Source: Mobula hypostoma (Eukaryota). From it: DNA of 64,000 nucleotides. The stretch lies in contig NW_026948269.1 in NCBI RefSeq assembly GCF_963921235.1, positions 372,001 through 436,000 of the forward strand, written 5' to 3'. Both the position numbers and the translations under genes were made by a program. Positions 1 through 12,999 of the stretch are shown here, piece after piece (positions within the stretch are counted from its first letter, which is position 1; each line of letters starts with the position of its first letter). A model generated the notes under the pieces. The model saw only the letters and a program-made list of their open reading frames with translations, was not told the DNA's origin and did not search any database.

Positions 1-770
1 GAGCTGAGTGTGGACTTCAGGAAGGGTAAGACGAAGGAACACATTCCAATCCTCATAGAGGGATCAGAAGTGGAGACAGTGAGCAGTTTCAATTCCTAGG
101 TATCAAGATCTCTGAGGACTTATCCTGGTCACCACATATCGATGCAGTTATAAAGAGGCAAGAAAACATCTATACTTCATCAGGAGTTTGAAGAGATTCG
201 GTATGTCAACCAATGCACTGAAAAGCTTCTATAGATGTACATTGGGAAGCATTCTGACAGGCTGCATGGCTGTCTGGTATGGGCGGGCGGGGGGTGGCGG
301 ATACTGCACAGAACCGAAAGAAGCTGCAGAGGTTTGTAAAATTTGTTCCTCTCCATCGTGGATACTAGCCTACGAAGACCCAGGACATCTTCAAGGAGCG
401 GTGCCTCAGAAGGTTTCCACTGTGACGGACCTCCAGTAGCCAGGACATGCCCTTTGCCCACTGTTACCATCAGATAGGAGGCACAGAAGCCTGAAGGTAC
501 ACACTCAGCGATTCAGAAACAGGTTCTTCTGCTCCGCCATCCGATTTCTAAATGGACATTGAACGCATAAGCACGACCTCAATTTTCAAATATATATTAT
601 TTCTGCTTTTTTCCACGATTTCTAATCTATTCGATATACGTATACCATCATTGATTTGCTTATTTATTATTATTTATTTTCTTGTTCGATATTATGTATT
701 ACTTTGAACTACTGCTGCTAAGTTACAAAATTTCACAACACATGCTGGCGATAATAAACGCTATTCTTTG
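1..770 (+). mobile_element. Rex-Babar (Rex1-like) non-LTR retrotransposon, 3' fragment
   Basis: Frameshifted RT C-terminal peptides ELxVDFRK, FLGIKISEDLSW, LKRFGMS..FYRCTLGSILTGC, followed by an AT-rich 3' UTR with AATAAA. Same family as 63036-63968. Confidence 0.8.
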
Positions 771-869
771 TTTTCTGAATTTTGGATCTGACCTCTTTAA
801 AGCTTCTAATCTTTTTGTTTCTACCACCGTACTGGGCAGTGCACTCCAGGCATTTTATTGTTTGATACC

Positions 870-2009
870 AGGAGAGCAAGGCAGAAGCAGGAATAGCGAA
901 TTGGACAAGGACTCAGGACTATGACTAGACTGGGACCAAGGGTCTGGGTTTGGACTCGGAATCGGATCCCAGAACTAGAGGCGACATGAAGAGGCTAGGG
1001 TATGGACTCCGAGCCCGAGACTGGGCAAGGACCCAGTACCTGGAGCTTGCCTCGGGCTCGGACTCCAGAACCAGGTAAGGAGATGACATGGGCCAGGGAG
1101 AGGAGGAACATAGAAAAGCAGAGCCTTGGTCTCGGGAGAGCAGGTAATGGAACCATGGACACATACACAGAACACAGTCGGGACCCCTCCTTGGGTACAG
1201 GACATAGGGCCGGGACTCATGACCCCCCGCGGGGCAACGGCAAGCCGGCCTGACTTACCCCACGGAGGCGAGGACAAGACAAGACCAACACGAAAGAACA
1301 CCAGACAGTACCTATCTAGCTCCAGCGATAGTACTAGACCGAGGTGCTGGCGAGGGCTGCAGACGAAAGCTAGAGGCGAGAGGGGCAGAGAAGGGATTCA
1401 GACGGGGCGGGGGTGGGGGCGTAGTGGTAGGACAGGAACCACAGACCGCCAGGGAAGGGACTTGACTCGGAACCTGGATGCCGCCAGGACCGGGATTTTA
1501 CTCGGAACTTGGATGCGCCAGGAACAGGACTGGACTTGGTACTTGAATGCCCCTGGAGCCAGGACTAGACTTGGAGCCTCCGGGTAGTGGCGAGCTCTCG
1601 ACTCGGCCCGGGAACAGTAGACAGCGGTTCTTGATTCCCTCCGGCTGGTTAACTGACGGACCCACCTCGGTGAGGAATCTTTGCAGGCTCGATTTGGCGA
1701 GGTAACTTGACAAGAGTGCTCCGGTGAGGAACGGCGAATTACCGGCACTCGCTCCGGGCGGAGACAAGGCTTGCTCCGGCCAGATGACATTGGCACGCCG
1801 TACCTATAGTGACTTTGCAGACTCTCCCGCGCCGAACAGCTGAAAGCCGGAGACGACGAACTACCGGTTCAGCCGAGAGTAAATTGCCTCTAATCACCAA
1901 GGCCGACGGAGACGGGAAAACAGGAAACCAAAGGGAAACAGGCAGTCAACGGTCCGGATCGTAACATAAACAAAGTAAATTTAAAGAGACCCCGATCCGG
2001 ACCATGACA
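870..2009 (-). mobile_element. Gypsy-type LTR fragment (same family as the solo LTR at 42645-43731)
   Basis: Ends in ACCATGACA at 2009 (TGTCATGG on minus), abutting a CR1 exactly after ...ALVRPHL. Shares the 'gagcccgagactgggcaaggacccagtacctgg' block with ~42810-42870. Confidence 0.7.
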
Positions 2010-4950
2010 AGGTGTGGTCTCACCAAGGCCCTGTACAGCTGCAGAAGGACCTCTTTGCTCTGATACTCAATTGCACTTGTTATGAAGTCCATCATGCCAT
2101 TAACCTTCTTCACTGCCGGCTGTACTTGCATGCTTGCTTCCAGTGACTGGTCTACAAGAACACCTAGATCTCGTTGTGCTTCCCCTTTTCCTAACTTGAC
2201 TCCATTTAGATAATAATCTGCCTTCCTGCTTTTACCACCAAAGTGGATAACCTCACATTTATCCACATTAAACTGCATCTGCCATGCATCTGCCCACTCA
2301 CTCAACCTGTCCAAGTCACTCTGCATTCTCATAACATCTTCCACATATTTCACACTGCCACCCAGCTTTGTGTCATCGGAAAATTTGCTAATGTTACTTT
2401 TAATTCCCTCATCTAAATCATTAATATATATTGTAAACAGCTGCGGTCCCAGCACTGAACCCTGTGGTAGCCCACTGGTCACCGCCTGCCATTCCGAAAG
2501 GGACCCGTTAATCGCGACTCTTTTCAGTCAGCCAGCTAATTTTCAATCCATGTCAGTACTCTGCTCCCAATACCATGTTCCCTAATTTTGCCTACTAATT
2601 TCGTACGTGGGACTTTATCAAAGGCTTTCTGAAAGTCCAGATGCACTACATCAACTGGCTTTCCCTTGTCCATTTTCATAGTTACATCCTCAAAAAATTC
2701 CAGAAGATTAGTCAAGCACGATTTCCCCTCCGTAAATCCATGCTAACTCGGACCAATCCTGTTACTGCTATCCAGATGTGTCGTAATTTCATCTTTTATA
2801 ATTGACTCCAGCATCTTTCCCACAACCGATGTCAGGCTAACGAGTCTATATTCCCTGTTTCTCTCTTCCTCCCTTCTTGAAAAGAGGGACAACATTAGCC
2901 ACGCTCCAATCCACAGGAACTGATCCTGAATCTATAGGAGATTGAAAAATGATTACCAATGCGTCTACGATTTTGAAAGCCACCTCCTTAAGTACCATGG
3001 GATGCAGACCATCAGGTCCCGGGGACTTATCAGTCTTCAGACCCAACAGCCTATCCAACCCAATTTCCTGCCTAATATAAATTTCATTCAATTCATCCAT
3101 TACCCTAGGTCCTTTGGCCACTATTACATCTGGGAGATTGTTTGTGTCTTCCCTAGTGAAGACAGATCCAAAGTACCTGTTCAACTCCTCTGCCATTTCC
3201 TTGTTCCCCAAAATAATTTCAGCCGCATCTGTCTTCAAGGACCCAATTTTGGTCTTAACTATTTTTTTTTCCCTTTTCATATACCTGAAGAAGCTTTTAC
3301 TATCCTCCTTTATATCCTTGGCTAGTTTACCTTCGTACCTCATTTTTTTTTCTCCGCGTTTTGCCTTTGTAGTTACCTTCTGTTGCTGTTTAAAAGTTTC
3401 TCAGTCCTCCGGCTTCCTACTAGTCTTTGCTATGTTATACTTCTTCTCTTTTATTTTTACTCGTCCATTATTTCCCTTGTCAGCCACGGCCTCCCCTTAC
3501 TCCCATTAGGATCTTTCCTCCTCATTGGAATGAACCGATCCTTCACCTTCCGCATTATTCCCAGAAACACTTGCCATTGCTGTTCCACTCTCATCCCTGC
3601 TAGGGTATTGTTCCATTGAACTTTCGCCAGCTCCTCCCTCATAGCACCATACTTCCCTTTGTTCAACTGTAATACTGACACTTCCGAGTTTCCCTTCTCC
3701 CTCTCAAATTGTAGATTAAAACTTATCACATTATGGTCACTACCTCCTAATGGCTCCTTTACCTCGAGGTCCCTGATCAAATGCGGTTCATTGAACAACA
3801 CTAAATCTAGAATTGCGTTCTGTCTGGTAGGCTCCAGTACAAGCTGTTCTAAGAATCCATCTCGGAGGGACTCCACAAACTCCCTTTCTTGGGGTCCAGT
3901 ACCAGCCTGATTCCTCCGTCTACCTGCATGTTGAAGTCCCCCATAACAACTGTAGCATTACCTTTGCGACATGCCAATTACAACTCTTGATTCAGCTAAC
4001 ACCCTACATCCAAACAACTGTTTGGGGGCCTGTAGGTAACTCCCATTAGGGTCTTTCTACCCTTTGAATTTCTCAGTTCTATCCATACTGACTCTATGTC
4101 TCCTGATTCTATGTCCCCCCTCGCAAGGGACTGAATATCATTCCTCACCAACAGAGCCACCCCACCCCCTGTGCCCATCAGTCTGTCCTTTCGATATGAC
4201 GTATACCCTTGAATATTCATTTCCCAGGCCCTGTCCACTTGAAGCCATGTCTCTGTTATTCCCACAACATCATACTTACCAATTTCCAACTGTGCCTCAA
4301 CCTCATCCACTTTATTTCTTATACTCCGTGCATCCATATACAATACTTTTAATTCATTACTCCCCTCACCTCCCATATCAATTACTTTTTCACTTGGCCA
4401 TACTGTACGATCCCTTCTTGAGCTTTCTGCTCTGTTGATTCTGCTGTCTTGCTTAACTTTTCTTATTCTCACTTTCCCTTTATCTCCATCCTTACGTTTC
4501 CAGTTTGTCCACTCCCCCCACCCCCCATCTACTTAGTTTAAACACACCCGTGTTGCAGAGGCAAACCTGCCTGCCGGAGTGCAGGTGCCCCGTTTATTAA
4601 GGTGCAACCGGTCCCTTTTGTACAATTCATCCTTACCACGAAACATACCCCAGTGGTCCAAGAATGTAGACCCTTGCTTCCTGCACCAGTTCCTCAGTCA
4701 CACATTCAGATCCATTATCTCCCTGTTCTCGAGCACTCCAGCACGGGGAACTGGAAGCAAACCGGAGATAACCACCCTGGAAGTACGCTTTTCAGCCTGC
4801 TTCCGAGCTCTCTGAAGCCGCGCTGTAAAATGTCTTTCCTCTTCTTCCCCACGTCATTTGTGCTGACATGCACCACCACTTCCGGATGTTCACCTTCACT
4901 CTTGAGGATTCCCTGCAATCGGTCCGTGACATCCTGGTTCCCAGCACCAG
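2010..4950 (-). mobile_element. CR1 (HER1-like) LINE: part of ORF1 SGNH esterase, endonuclease and RT, decayed
   Basis: ORF 4715-4918 (VVVHVSTNDVG, esterase); 3996-4472 and 3457-3876 (ARSIRNK, GITETWL, YRPPN, SDHN endonuclease); 2846-3343 (KSPGPDG); 1946-2482 (PQGSVLGP, FSDDTK RT). Confidence 0.92.
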
Positions 4951-5349
4951 GACACTGTTGTCCTAGAGCACTGCTATTCTAAAATGTTTTAATGCGATTT
5001 TCAGTTCAGTGTGTTGTTTTACATGCCGAGCTCCAAAAAGTCTTTCAGCATTTTGTCCAACATTGTCAGCCCATTCCTCATTTTCACACAGAATTCCCAG
5101 ATCATTCTCTGGGACTGGAAGACATTCCACACAAACCAGACTGAGGAAAAGCGGGGAATCCTCTGTCGGGGTTCCCTTCACTGGGAGTTCTGTGATTTCT
5201 TGTAATCAGTGAACTTGATGAGTGACAGGCTGAGTGAAAGCGAATGGAGAGGACATACCTGCACAGTGATAGGACGTCCCGGTGTCTATGACCACGGGAA
5301 TAGTCACTGGGCAACCTCTTCACCCATTAAGGAAATTTCCGAGTGCATT

Positions 5350-6870
5350 CATAGAAACATAGAAAACATACAGCACGATACAGGCCATTCGGCCCACAGA
5401 GCTCTGCCGAACATGATCCCTACCTTCGAACTGCCTCGGCTTTACCCATAGCCCTCTGTTTCTCTGTGCCCCATGTAGCCATGCAGGAGTCTCTTAAAAT
5501 ACCACATCGTTTCCGCCTCCGCCACCGTCGCCGGCAGCCCATTCCGCGCACTCACCACTCTCAGAATAAAAAATTACCCCTCTTATCTCCTCTGTACCTA
5601 CCCCCAGCAGCATAAACCTGTGTCCTCTGGTGGAAACTATCTCAGCCCTGGGAAAAAGCCTCTGACTATCCACACGATCAACGCCTTTCAACATCTTATA
5701 CACCTCTATCAGGCCACCTCTCATCCTCCGTCACTCCAAGGAGAAAAGGCCGAGTTCACTCAACGCATTCTCATACGGCATGCTCCCCAGTCCAGGCAAC
5801 ATCCTTGTAAATCTCCTCCACACCCCTTCTATGGTTTCTACATCCTTCCTGTAGTGAGGAGACCAGAACTGAGTACAGTATTCCAAGTGGAGTCTGACCA
5901 GGGTCTTATATAGCTGCAACATTACCTCTGGCTCTTAAACTCAGTCCCTCGATTCAGGAAGGCCAATGCATCGTATGCCTTCTTAACAGCAGAGTCAACC
6001 TACGTAGCACCTTTGAGTGTCCTATGGACTCGGAAACCAAGATCCCTCTGATACTCCACACCGCCAAGAGTCTAACCATTAATGGTATATTCTGACATCA
6101 TATTTGACCTACCAAAATGAACCACCTCACACTTATCTGACTTGAACTCCATCTGCCACTTCTCACCCCGGTTTTGCATCCTAACAATGTCCCTTTGTAA
6201 CCTCTGTCAGCCCTCCATACGATCCAGAACACCCCCAACCTTTGTGTCATCAGCAAATTTACTAACCCATCCCTCCACTTCCTCATCCATCTCATTTATA
6301 AAAATCACAAAAATAGAAAGGTTCCCAGAACAGATCCCTGAGGCACACCACTGATCACCAACATCCATGCAGAATGTTACCCGTCTACAACCACTTTTTG
6401 CGTTCTGTGGGCAAGCCAGTTCTGAATCCACAAAGCAATGACCTCTTTACTTTCTGAATAAGCCTTTCATGGGGAACGTTATCAAATGCCATGCTGGAAT
6501 CCATATACAGTACACTACAACTATAGCTGTACCTTCATCAATGTGTTGAGTCACATCCTCCAAAAAAAATCAATCTGGCTCGTTAAGCACGACTTGCCTT
6601 TGTCAAAGCCATGCTGAACATTCCGAATCATATTATGCCTCTTCAAATGTTCATAAATCCTGCCTCTCAGTATCTTCTCTATCAACTTACCAACCACTGA
6701 AGTAATTTTCACTGGCCTATAATTTCCTGGCTATCCCTACTCACTTACTTGAATAAGGGAACAACGTCCGCAATCCACAAATGCTCTGGAATCTGTCCCG
6801 TCCTTATTGATAATGCAAAGATCATTGCCAGAGGCTCAGCCATCTCATCCCGCGCTTCCCACAGTAGCCG
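5350..6870 (-). mobile_element. CR1 LINE 3' portion (RT and 3' UTR)
   Basis: LEYCTQFWSPHY, MRGGLIEVYKML and FADDTKVGG peptides; (CATAGAAA)n tail at ~5350. Confidence 0.88.
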
Positions 6871-7418
6871 AAACTTCTGAAATGCTACTTCGCTGCCGCT
6901 GCTACTGCGCGTTGGAGAATCTCCGGAGGGGAAGGCCCCAAATCCCCGACTTTGCCAGTTGCCTGTTGCCGGGGCCGGGGTCGAAGCGCTCGGTAGAGAT
7001 GGTGCTAGGTGCTAGGTGTCGAAGGGGTGGGCGGAGGCTCGAAGTTTTCGGGTGGACTCAGAGTCGGACTGTTATCGGGTGCTTCCAGGATGCTGCATCA
7101 GCAAGTTTGCGGCACTGGAAGCTTATGGCAGGGAGAGTTTTTCTTCCTTCTACCGTCTGGGTGAGATGATGGGACTTTCGAGAGACCTTGTGTCTTTTTT
7201 TAATCGTGCCCATGGTCTGTTCTTCATCAAATTACGGTATTGTTTTGCACTGTTGTAACTATATGTTATAATTATGTGTTTTTTGTCAGTTTTTTTTAGT
7301 CTTGGTTTGTCTTGTGTTTCTGTGATATCATTCTGGACGAATAAATTGTATCATTTCTTAATGCATGCATTACTAAATGACAATAAAAGAGGACTGCGTG
7401 TCCTCATAATCTAATCTA
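6870..7418 (+). mobile_element. Non-coding retroposon (SINE or LINE 3' UTR) with AATAAA and (AATCT)n tail
   Basis: AATAAA at ~7382 followed by 'ataatctaatcta'; inserted between CR1 pieces; no credible ORF. Confidence 0.5.
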
Positions 7419-7419
7419 C

Positions 7420-8460
7420 TCTAATATTCCAAGCCCCAAGATGGGAATCAGGTGCCTATGCTTAACCCAACCGAAACAAGGGACAGCTGGATGACCCGGA
7501 GTCCTGAGTCCACGGATTGGACCGTTAAATGGAATGCGGACTTCACGGACCGGACCATGACACCTAACAAACTCTACCCCATCTAAACCCCTCACTCTCG
7601 GGAGAGGCCAATCAATATTTGGGAAATTAAAATCTCCCACCACAACAACCCTGTTATTTTTACACCTTTCCAGAATTTGTCTCCATATCTGCTCCTCGAT
7701 GTCCCTGTTACTATTGAGTGGTCTATAAAAAACACCCAGTATAGTTATTCACCCCTTCCTATTCCAACCTTCCACCCACAGAGACTCCTTAGACAACTTC
7801 TCCATGAATTCCTCCCTTTCTGCAGCCGTGACACTATCTCTGATCAACATGGCACGCCCCCACTTCTTATTGCTCCCTCCCTGTCCTTCCTGAAACTTCG
7901 CAAGCCTGCCACTTGAAGTAGCCATTCCTGCCCCTGCACCCTCCAAGTCTCTGTAATGGCCACAACATCATAACTCTAAGTGCTGATCCATGCTCTAAGC
8001 TCATCCGCTTTATTCATATTACACCTCGCATTAAAATGGACTCATCTCAAACAATTGGTCTGAGCGCGTCCCCTCTCTATCATCTGCCTATCCTCCCATT
8101 CGCAATCTCTCCAATCTTCTTCTTCACCAATTCCGGAAATTTCTAGGTGCATTTATTAGCAACACAGAACTAACTGTGAAAATTACAAATCAGAATATTA
8201 TTAACGTCACTGAGCACAAGCGCAAGGAAACAGGGCCTTTGACCTTTCTAGTCAATGGCGAATTAATTTTTCTGCCTAGTCCTATTACCTGCACAACCAC
8301 CCACCGGACAACGCCTAACCAAATACTTTTCCAATGTTCTCTTCGATGTCGAAATCGAACCCGGATCCACCACTTCCACAGGCAGCCCGTTCCGCACTCT
8401 CATCACCTTCAGAGTGAAGAAACTCCCTCCTCAATTTCCCTTAACATATTCAGCTTTCAC
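7420..8460 (-). mobile_element. Short LTR end (7420-7562) and CR1 endonuclease / 3' fragments
   Basis: 'cttcacggaccggaccatgaca' at ~7541-7562 matches the LTR terminus at 43710-43731; VVGDFNFPNIDW CR1 endonuclease motif in ORF 7416-7643. Confidence 0.7.
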
Positions 8461-8662
8461 CCATAATCTGGGAGCTCTGAGGTGGGGGCAAAAAATGGGA
8501 TGAAGAAGGAAGGCGGACAGGAAAGGGGATTCGGGACCCGACCCTTCATCGTTGCGTCTATTGTAAACATCTGAGAAGTTTAATTAATTATGCATAGTTT
8601 TAGAGATGCTTCATTCATTCTTGACGGGGTCATAGGCATTTGGAGTTGCATTGCCGAATACA

Positions 8663-8829
8663 TGATGCAAGAATGACGTGTCTCCCGCAATGTCAGATTT
8701 TCCAGTTGTTTGAATCTCACAATTACATCACCACTAACGAAATTTAGGCTGCCCTGTAGGAATTGTACTCTGCTGTTGCTCGTGGGAAGTGTTGAAACAC
8801 GTCCCCGTGGAGCTCGAAAATGTTATAAA
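8663..8829 (+). promoter_or_regulatory. Putative core promoter of GPCR paralog 1 (TATAAA 8824-8829; TGATGCAA 8663-8670; TGACGTGTCTCCC 8674-8686)
   Basis: TATAAA lies 88 nt before the ATG, matching paralog 2 (89 nt); upstream motifs are shared with the paralog 2 promoter. Confidence 0.55.
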
Positions 8830-8911
8830 GACTCAGGTAAATTGACATGCCAGTGTTCCACTCGGAAAGGCTGCCGAGAAAATCATCGGGACGGAATAGG
8901 CTCACACTGAA

Positions 8912-10955
8912 ATGTGGCAAACATTTGCAAGTGACAGTGGAATATTGTACGTGATTATGGCAGCCATTGGAGTTCCTGGTAAGCGAGATTAATGCTTTAA
9001 ATTCTGTCACTCCTTGTGTGCGCTGCTGACACTCTCGTAACGGTAATTTTGCCAGCTATGGTAAGTGTAAAACAGATACGATCGGGGAATCCTCTTCATG
9101 AAGGTAAATATTTGAAGACAGATCTGCCTTTTAATGAAGCATCAAAGTATTATGATTTGAGCTTTAAGGAGTCGCTGTGCACAAGTTTTGAGAAGTATTT
9201 TGGGCTGCCAGGTTGTGCAGTGGTAAGCACAATGCTTTACAGTACTAGCTCAATACCCGCCGCTGCCTGTAAGGAGATTGTACGTTCCCATCGTGACCGT
9301 GCACGTTTCCTCCGGGTGCTCCTGTTTCCTCCCACAGGCCAAAGCCGTACCGGTTGTTAGATTAGTTGTAAGTTGTCTCATGATTAGATAGGATTAAAAT
9401 GGGGAATTGCTAGGCCTACCCTGGGCTGTATCTCAGTAAAGTAAAAGAAGTATTATTGATATGAACTGATAGATTAATAGATGTCTAATTGTTAGTTACA
9501 GTCCAGCGTGGAGCATATAGCCTAATGATCCTGCATCAATGTGCACTCTGCACTATGGGACCCCATCACTGCCGGCTACTCTGTTCACCACTATTGGGAT
9601 TGACAGTCACTAGATTTACAATCGGGGTGTTGGGAGCCACCATCACCATTGACAGCAACGGTAAGGATGTAAGAGGAGGCAGATGATGGGGTCTGCAATA
9701 AAAGGGCAAAATGCTGGAGGAAGTCAACGGGTCAAACAGCATCTTTGGAGACAAAGGAAATTCGACCTTTTGGGTGGGGAATATTGTGTCTGTCGCTATA
9801 CAGGGCTTCGACCTTGGTCGTAAATCACCCGTTCACTTCACAAATGCTGCCTGAAACCAATGAGCCAGTGTTTTGATCGATCCAATCCAACTTTAACCCA
9901 AAAAGGGAGGTTCCCGAGGTGCTGCAGAATGTTTACTTTGGATGACAAGCTCTGACCCAATCCATGTTATTTCGCTAAGAGATTTGATTTCGGCATCAGA
10001 TCCATGGAACATTCAGTTGATGTCCGTTTTTTTTTTTGACAACACAGTGAATTTACTGGCGATTATCATCCTGCCCCGGGGTAAATGCGGCCTCTCCACC
10101 TGCACCACTCGTTACCTGGTGGCTATGGCGGTGGCGGATCTACTGGTCATTGTCACTGAGGTAATCCTGAGTAAAATCAAATATCATTACTTCCCACTGA
10201 GTTTCCTGGACATCACTCCTGTGTGCGCTGTTATCGACGTACTCAATCGAATAACCACAAATTGTTCAGTCTGGTTCACCGTCACATTCACCTTTGATCG
10301 ATTTGTCGCCATTTGTTGTCAGAAGCTGAAAACTAAATATTGCACCGGGAAAACTGCGGCTGTGGTGCAAATAACAACCGGACTTCTTCTGTGTCTGAAA
10401 AATATTCCGTTTTACTTCGCAACGGAACCTGGGAAGATTATTGACAACCTCCCGTGGTTCTGCGGTCCCAAGCCAAGCTACTTCACTGACAAAGGTTGGC
10501 TTGGACTTGACTGGTTCGATACTGTTTTAACACCATTGCTCCCATTCGCTATAATTCTGCTGCTCAACGCTCTGACAGTCCGGCACATATTGGTGGCCAG
10601 TCGTGTCCGGAGAGGGCTCAGAGGTCAGAGCAAACGGGAGAACAGTAGAGACCCGGAGATGGAGAACAGGAAGAGGTCTGTGATTTTACTTTTCACCCTC
10701 TCTGGCAGCTTCATCCTCTTGTGGCTGACGGTTGTCGTAGAATTCGTCTATTACCAGGTCAAAGGGACAGGAGAGGCCAGCATTGGTTCCGAAAATGTTT
10801 TGGCGCAAGTTGGCTACGCGTTAGCGAACGTAAGTTGCTGCACCAACACCTTTATCTACGCAGTGACTCAGTCCAAGTTCAGGGAGCAGGTAAAGAGCGC
10901 GATGAAATATCCAGTCACCTCAGTAGTCCGGTTCTTTAAAAAAGCTGCGAAATGA
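8912..10955 (+). CDS. GPR139-like class A 7TM GPCR, intact, 2 exons (8912-8978, 10048-10955), 324 aa
   Basis: Exon 1 reads MWQTFASDSGILYVIMAAIGVP-G|GTAAGC; acceptor tttttgacaacacAG|TG at 10047/10048 gives in-frame GVPVNLLA. Motifs: YLVAMAVADLL (TM2), TPVC, TFDRFVAIC (TM3), PLLPF (TM5), SGSFILLW (TM6), SCCTNTFIY (TM7). AATAAA at 11157-11162. A lineage-specific paralog rather than a demonstrable 1:1 GPR139 orthologue. Confidence 0.92.
9200..9450 (+). mobile_element. tRNA-derived V-SINE (HE1/DANA-type) in the GPCR intron
   Basis: A-box-like 'gcagtggtaagcaca' head and V-core 'tttcctccgggtgctcctgtttcctcccacag-ccaaag'. Confidence 0.75.
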
Positions 10956-11461
10956 GCTCAGCCCAACAGCCCAGGACCTCGTCCCTGTTCAGCGCTGCCT
11001 CATGTCCAATTGCGGGGACGGAGCTGAACGCCCAGTCATCAGCAAGAGTCGCGATCTCCCAGCGTCCAGCGCTACGTTCATTCCCATATTCCCCAGGTTC
11101 AGCGCCACGCAGAGCACGGGAACCACTCTCATATTTTGTGTGTCTGTATTCACAATAATAAAAAGTACATTTCCAAACAGTCAGCCAGCTGGACAGAGTA
11201 CATGCAAATAAATATTGTTAAACTTTCATGTCGGAACCCTCCCATTCTTTTGTGTTTCTATATCAATAATAATGATGATGATAATACATTTCTGCAATAG
11301 GCAGCATGCTCGAAAGAAATTGTGCATCCAAAATGTTTCTACTTTTTAGCAACTGTAATTCGGAATTATGCTTTAGACCAGGCGTCAGTGTTATACATAT
11401 GTCTTTGTGCTAATGAGGACTGAAGGAGGGTGGGGTGATAGAAATAGACAGAGATGGGAGG

Positions 11462-11463
<2 letters not shown>

Positions 11464-11520
<57 letters not shown>

Positions 11521-11530
11521 TGAGAGAGAG
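11464..11530. repeat. (GT)n microsatellite followed by (GA)n
   Basis: About 27 perfect GT units read directly. Confidence 0.97.
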
Positions 11531-12533
11531 ATGAGGGGGAGTTAGAGAAGGAGGGCTGACAGGCTGGCAGACGCGTGATACACGCACAGAAACAGACAGA
11601 CAACGGAAAAGTCAGACAAGAGTGACAGGCGGGCAAACGGGCGGAAATACCAGTATTCCTTTCATGGACCTCACAAGAACTGAGTGTACCGCGCTTGCGG
11701 AAGATGAAATGTAATTACACAGTCTCGCTTTTAATGCTGCTGGAACCATGCCTCCAGTCAGAGATCAGAGTGCGTTGAGGATGGAGACCGAATAACACAG
11801 ACACGCGGGAACTGGGAGTCAAAGCGAGCATGAAGTATTGCTTTGTGTTTTCTTGGAGAAAGACTCAACATTGTGAGCATCGAGCGCAGAAAACGGTTTT
11901 GTTACTGCCGATATTTCCGACGTTCTTAATAGTTTTAATTTCCTGCAACATCTCTGACTTGCATTTCACAGCTGGAGTGTATTTCCCTCTTGCCTATAGC
12001 CGTCGTCATAAACCACTAAACACGCGGCTTTTTAAATAGCCAAACATCAGTAGAGATCTAATTGCCCAAGCGTTAACCTCCTCTTGCACATTGCAAATAG
12101 AATTCGCTTATTTCCTCATATTTCGCGGACAGGAGACATTCCCTCGGTTTTGGTTGTGTAGATCCAACCTGACATACAGACCTCCCTATTTATTTTAGGT
12201 GGACGGGCTCCGCAACAACTCAGCTCCAACTTGTCTCCACTCCGCTCGCTCCAACTTCGCCTCCGACCCCAACTTCTCACGGAACACCTTCAGAACTCCG
12301 GCCTGCGGAGCCTGCATGAAAATGATTGATGGAAATTACAGAAAGGCGAGGAGCAGCGGGCTTTGACTCACATCCCTAGACATTCCAGTCAGTAAAACAG
12401 ATACTTACCTCTCTCTTTCCAGTGAATTCGATATATATCTATTTGCGGAATTTGTATTCGTGCTCATAAACTAGGCTTTCATGTTCTATTGCATAATCTG
12501 ATGTGTGTCCTGACCTTCGTTCTGGAACTTAAG

Positions 12534-12730
12534 CCAACTCCTGATACCCGTCCCCTATATCCACACAACATGACGATCCTCGCACATATCCAAAGATCTC
12601 CAATCAATTCCAACTCCTGACACCCGTCCCCTTTATCCACAGAAAATGACGATCCTCACAGAAATCCGCACAGTTCGAAACTTTGGTTACCCGTCCCTTA
12701 TACCCACACAAAATGACGGCCCTCACAAAG
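12534..12730 (-). repeat. ~76-bp tandem repeat x2.5-3, likely LTR-retroelement leader
   Basis: Unit 'ccaactcctgaYacccgtccccTWtatccacaSaamatgacgatcctc' at 12534, 12610 and ~12686; minus-strand splice donor AGGTAAGT at 12403-12410. Confidence 0.7.
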
Positions 12731-12999
12731 CTCTAATTAGCTCGAAAAGCATGGCGATTAAATTGTCGGTCACGCTATATTTTGACTAAGTCTCACCTTT
12801 ATGGAAATGGTTACAATTTGCTCATAGGACAAACTTTATGCGCACCACAGAACAGGTGCAATTGTGCATGGCATGGACGTTATTCTGCATCTTCCGACAC
12901 AAGAGCAGGATCACATTGAGACGCGGAAGGGTAAAAAAAAATGAGTTGTATTCACAATAGACACAAAAAGAAACAGTAGAACCTACAACGTCTTGGAAA

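Noticed and set aside
4963-5340. Minus-strand VVIDTGTSYHCA|GT (aspartic-protease-like or Ig DxGxYxC-like) and a 72-aa ORF; CACAGTG heptamer at ~5261
   Set aside because: Motif too short, no supporting domain context, and no RSS nonamer at 12 or 23 spacing.
9942-10047. ORF-track N-terminus MTSSDPIHV... of the 337-aa GPCR ORF
   Set aside because: It is intron read-through; a polypyrimidine/AG acceptor at 10047 and an upstream exon supplying the first half of TM1 explain the gene better.
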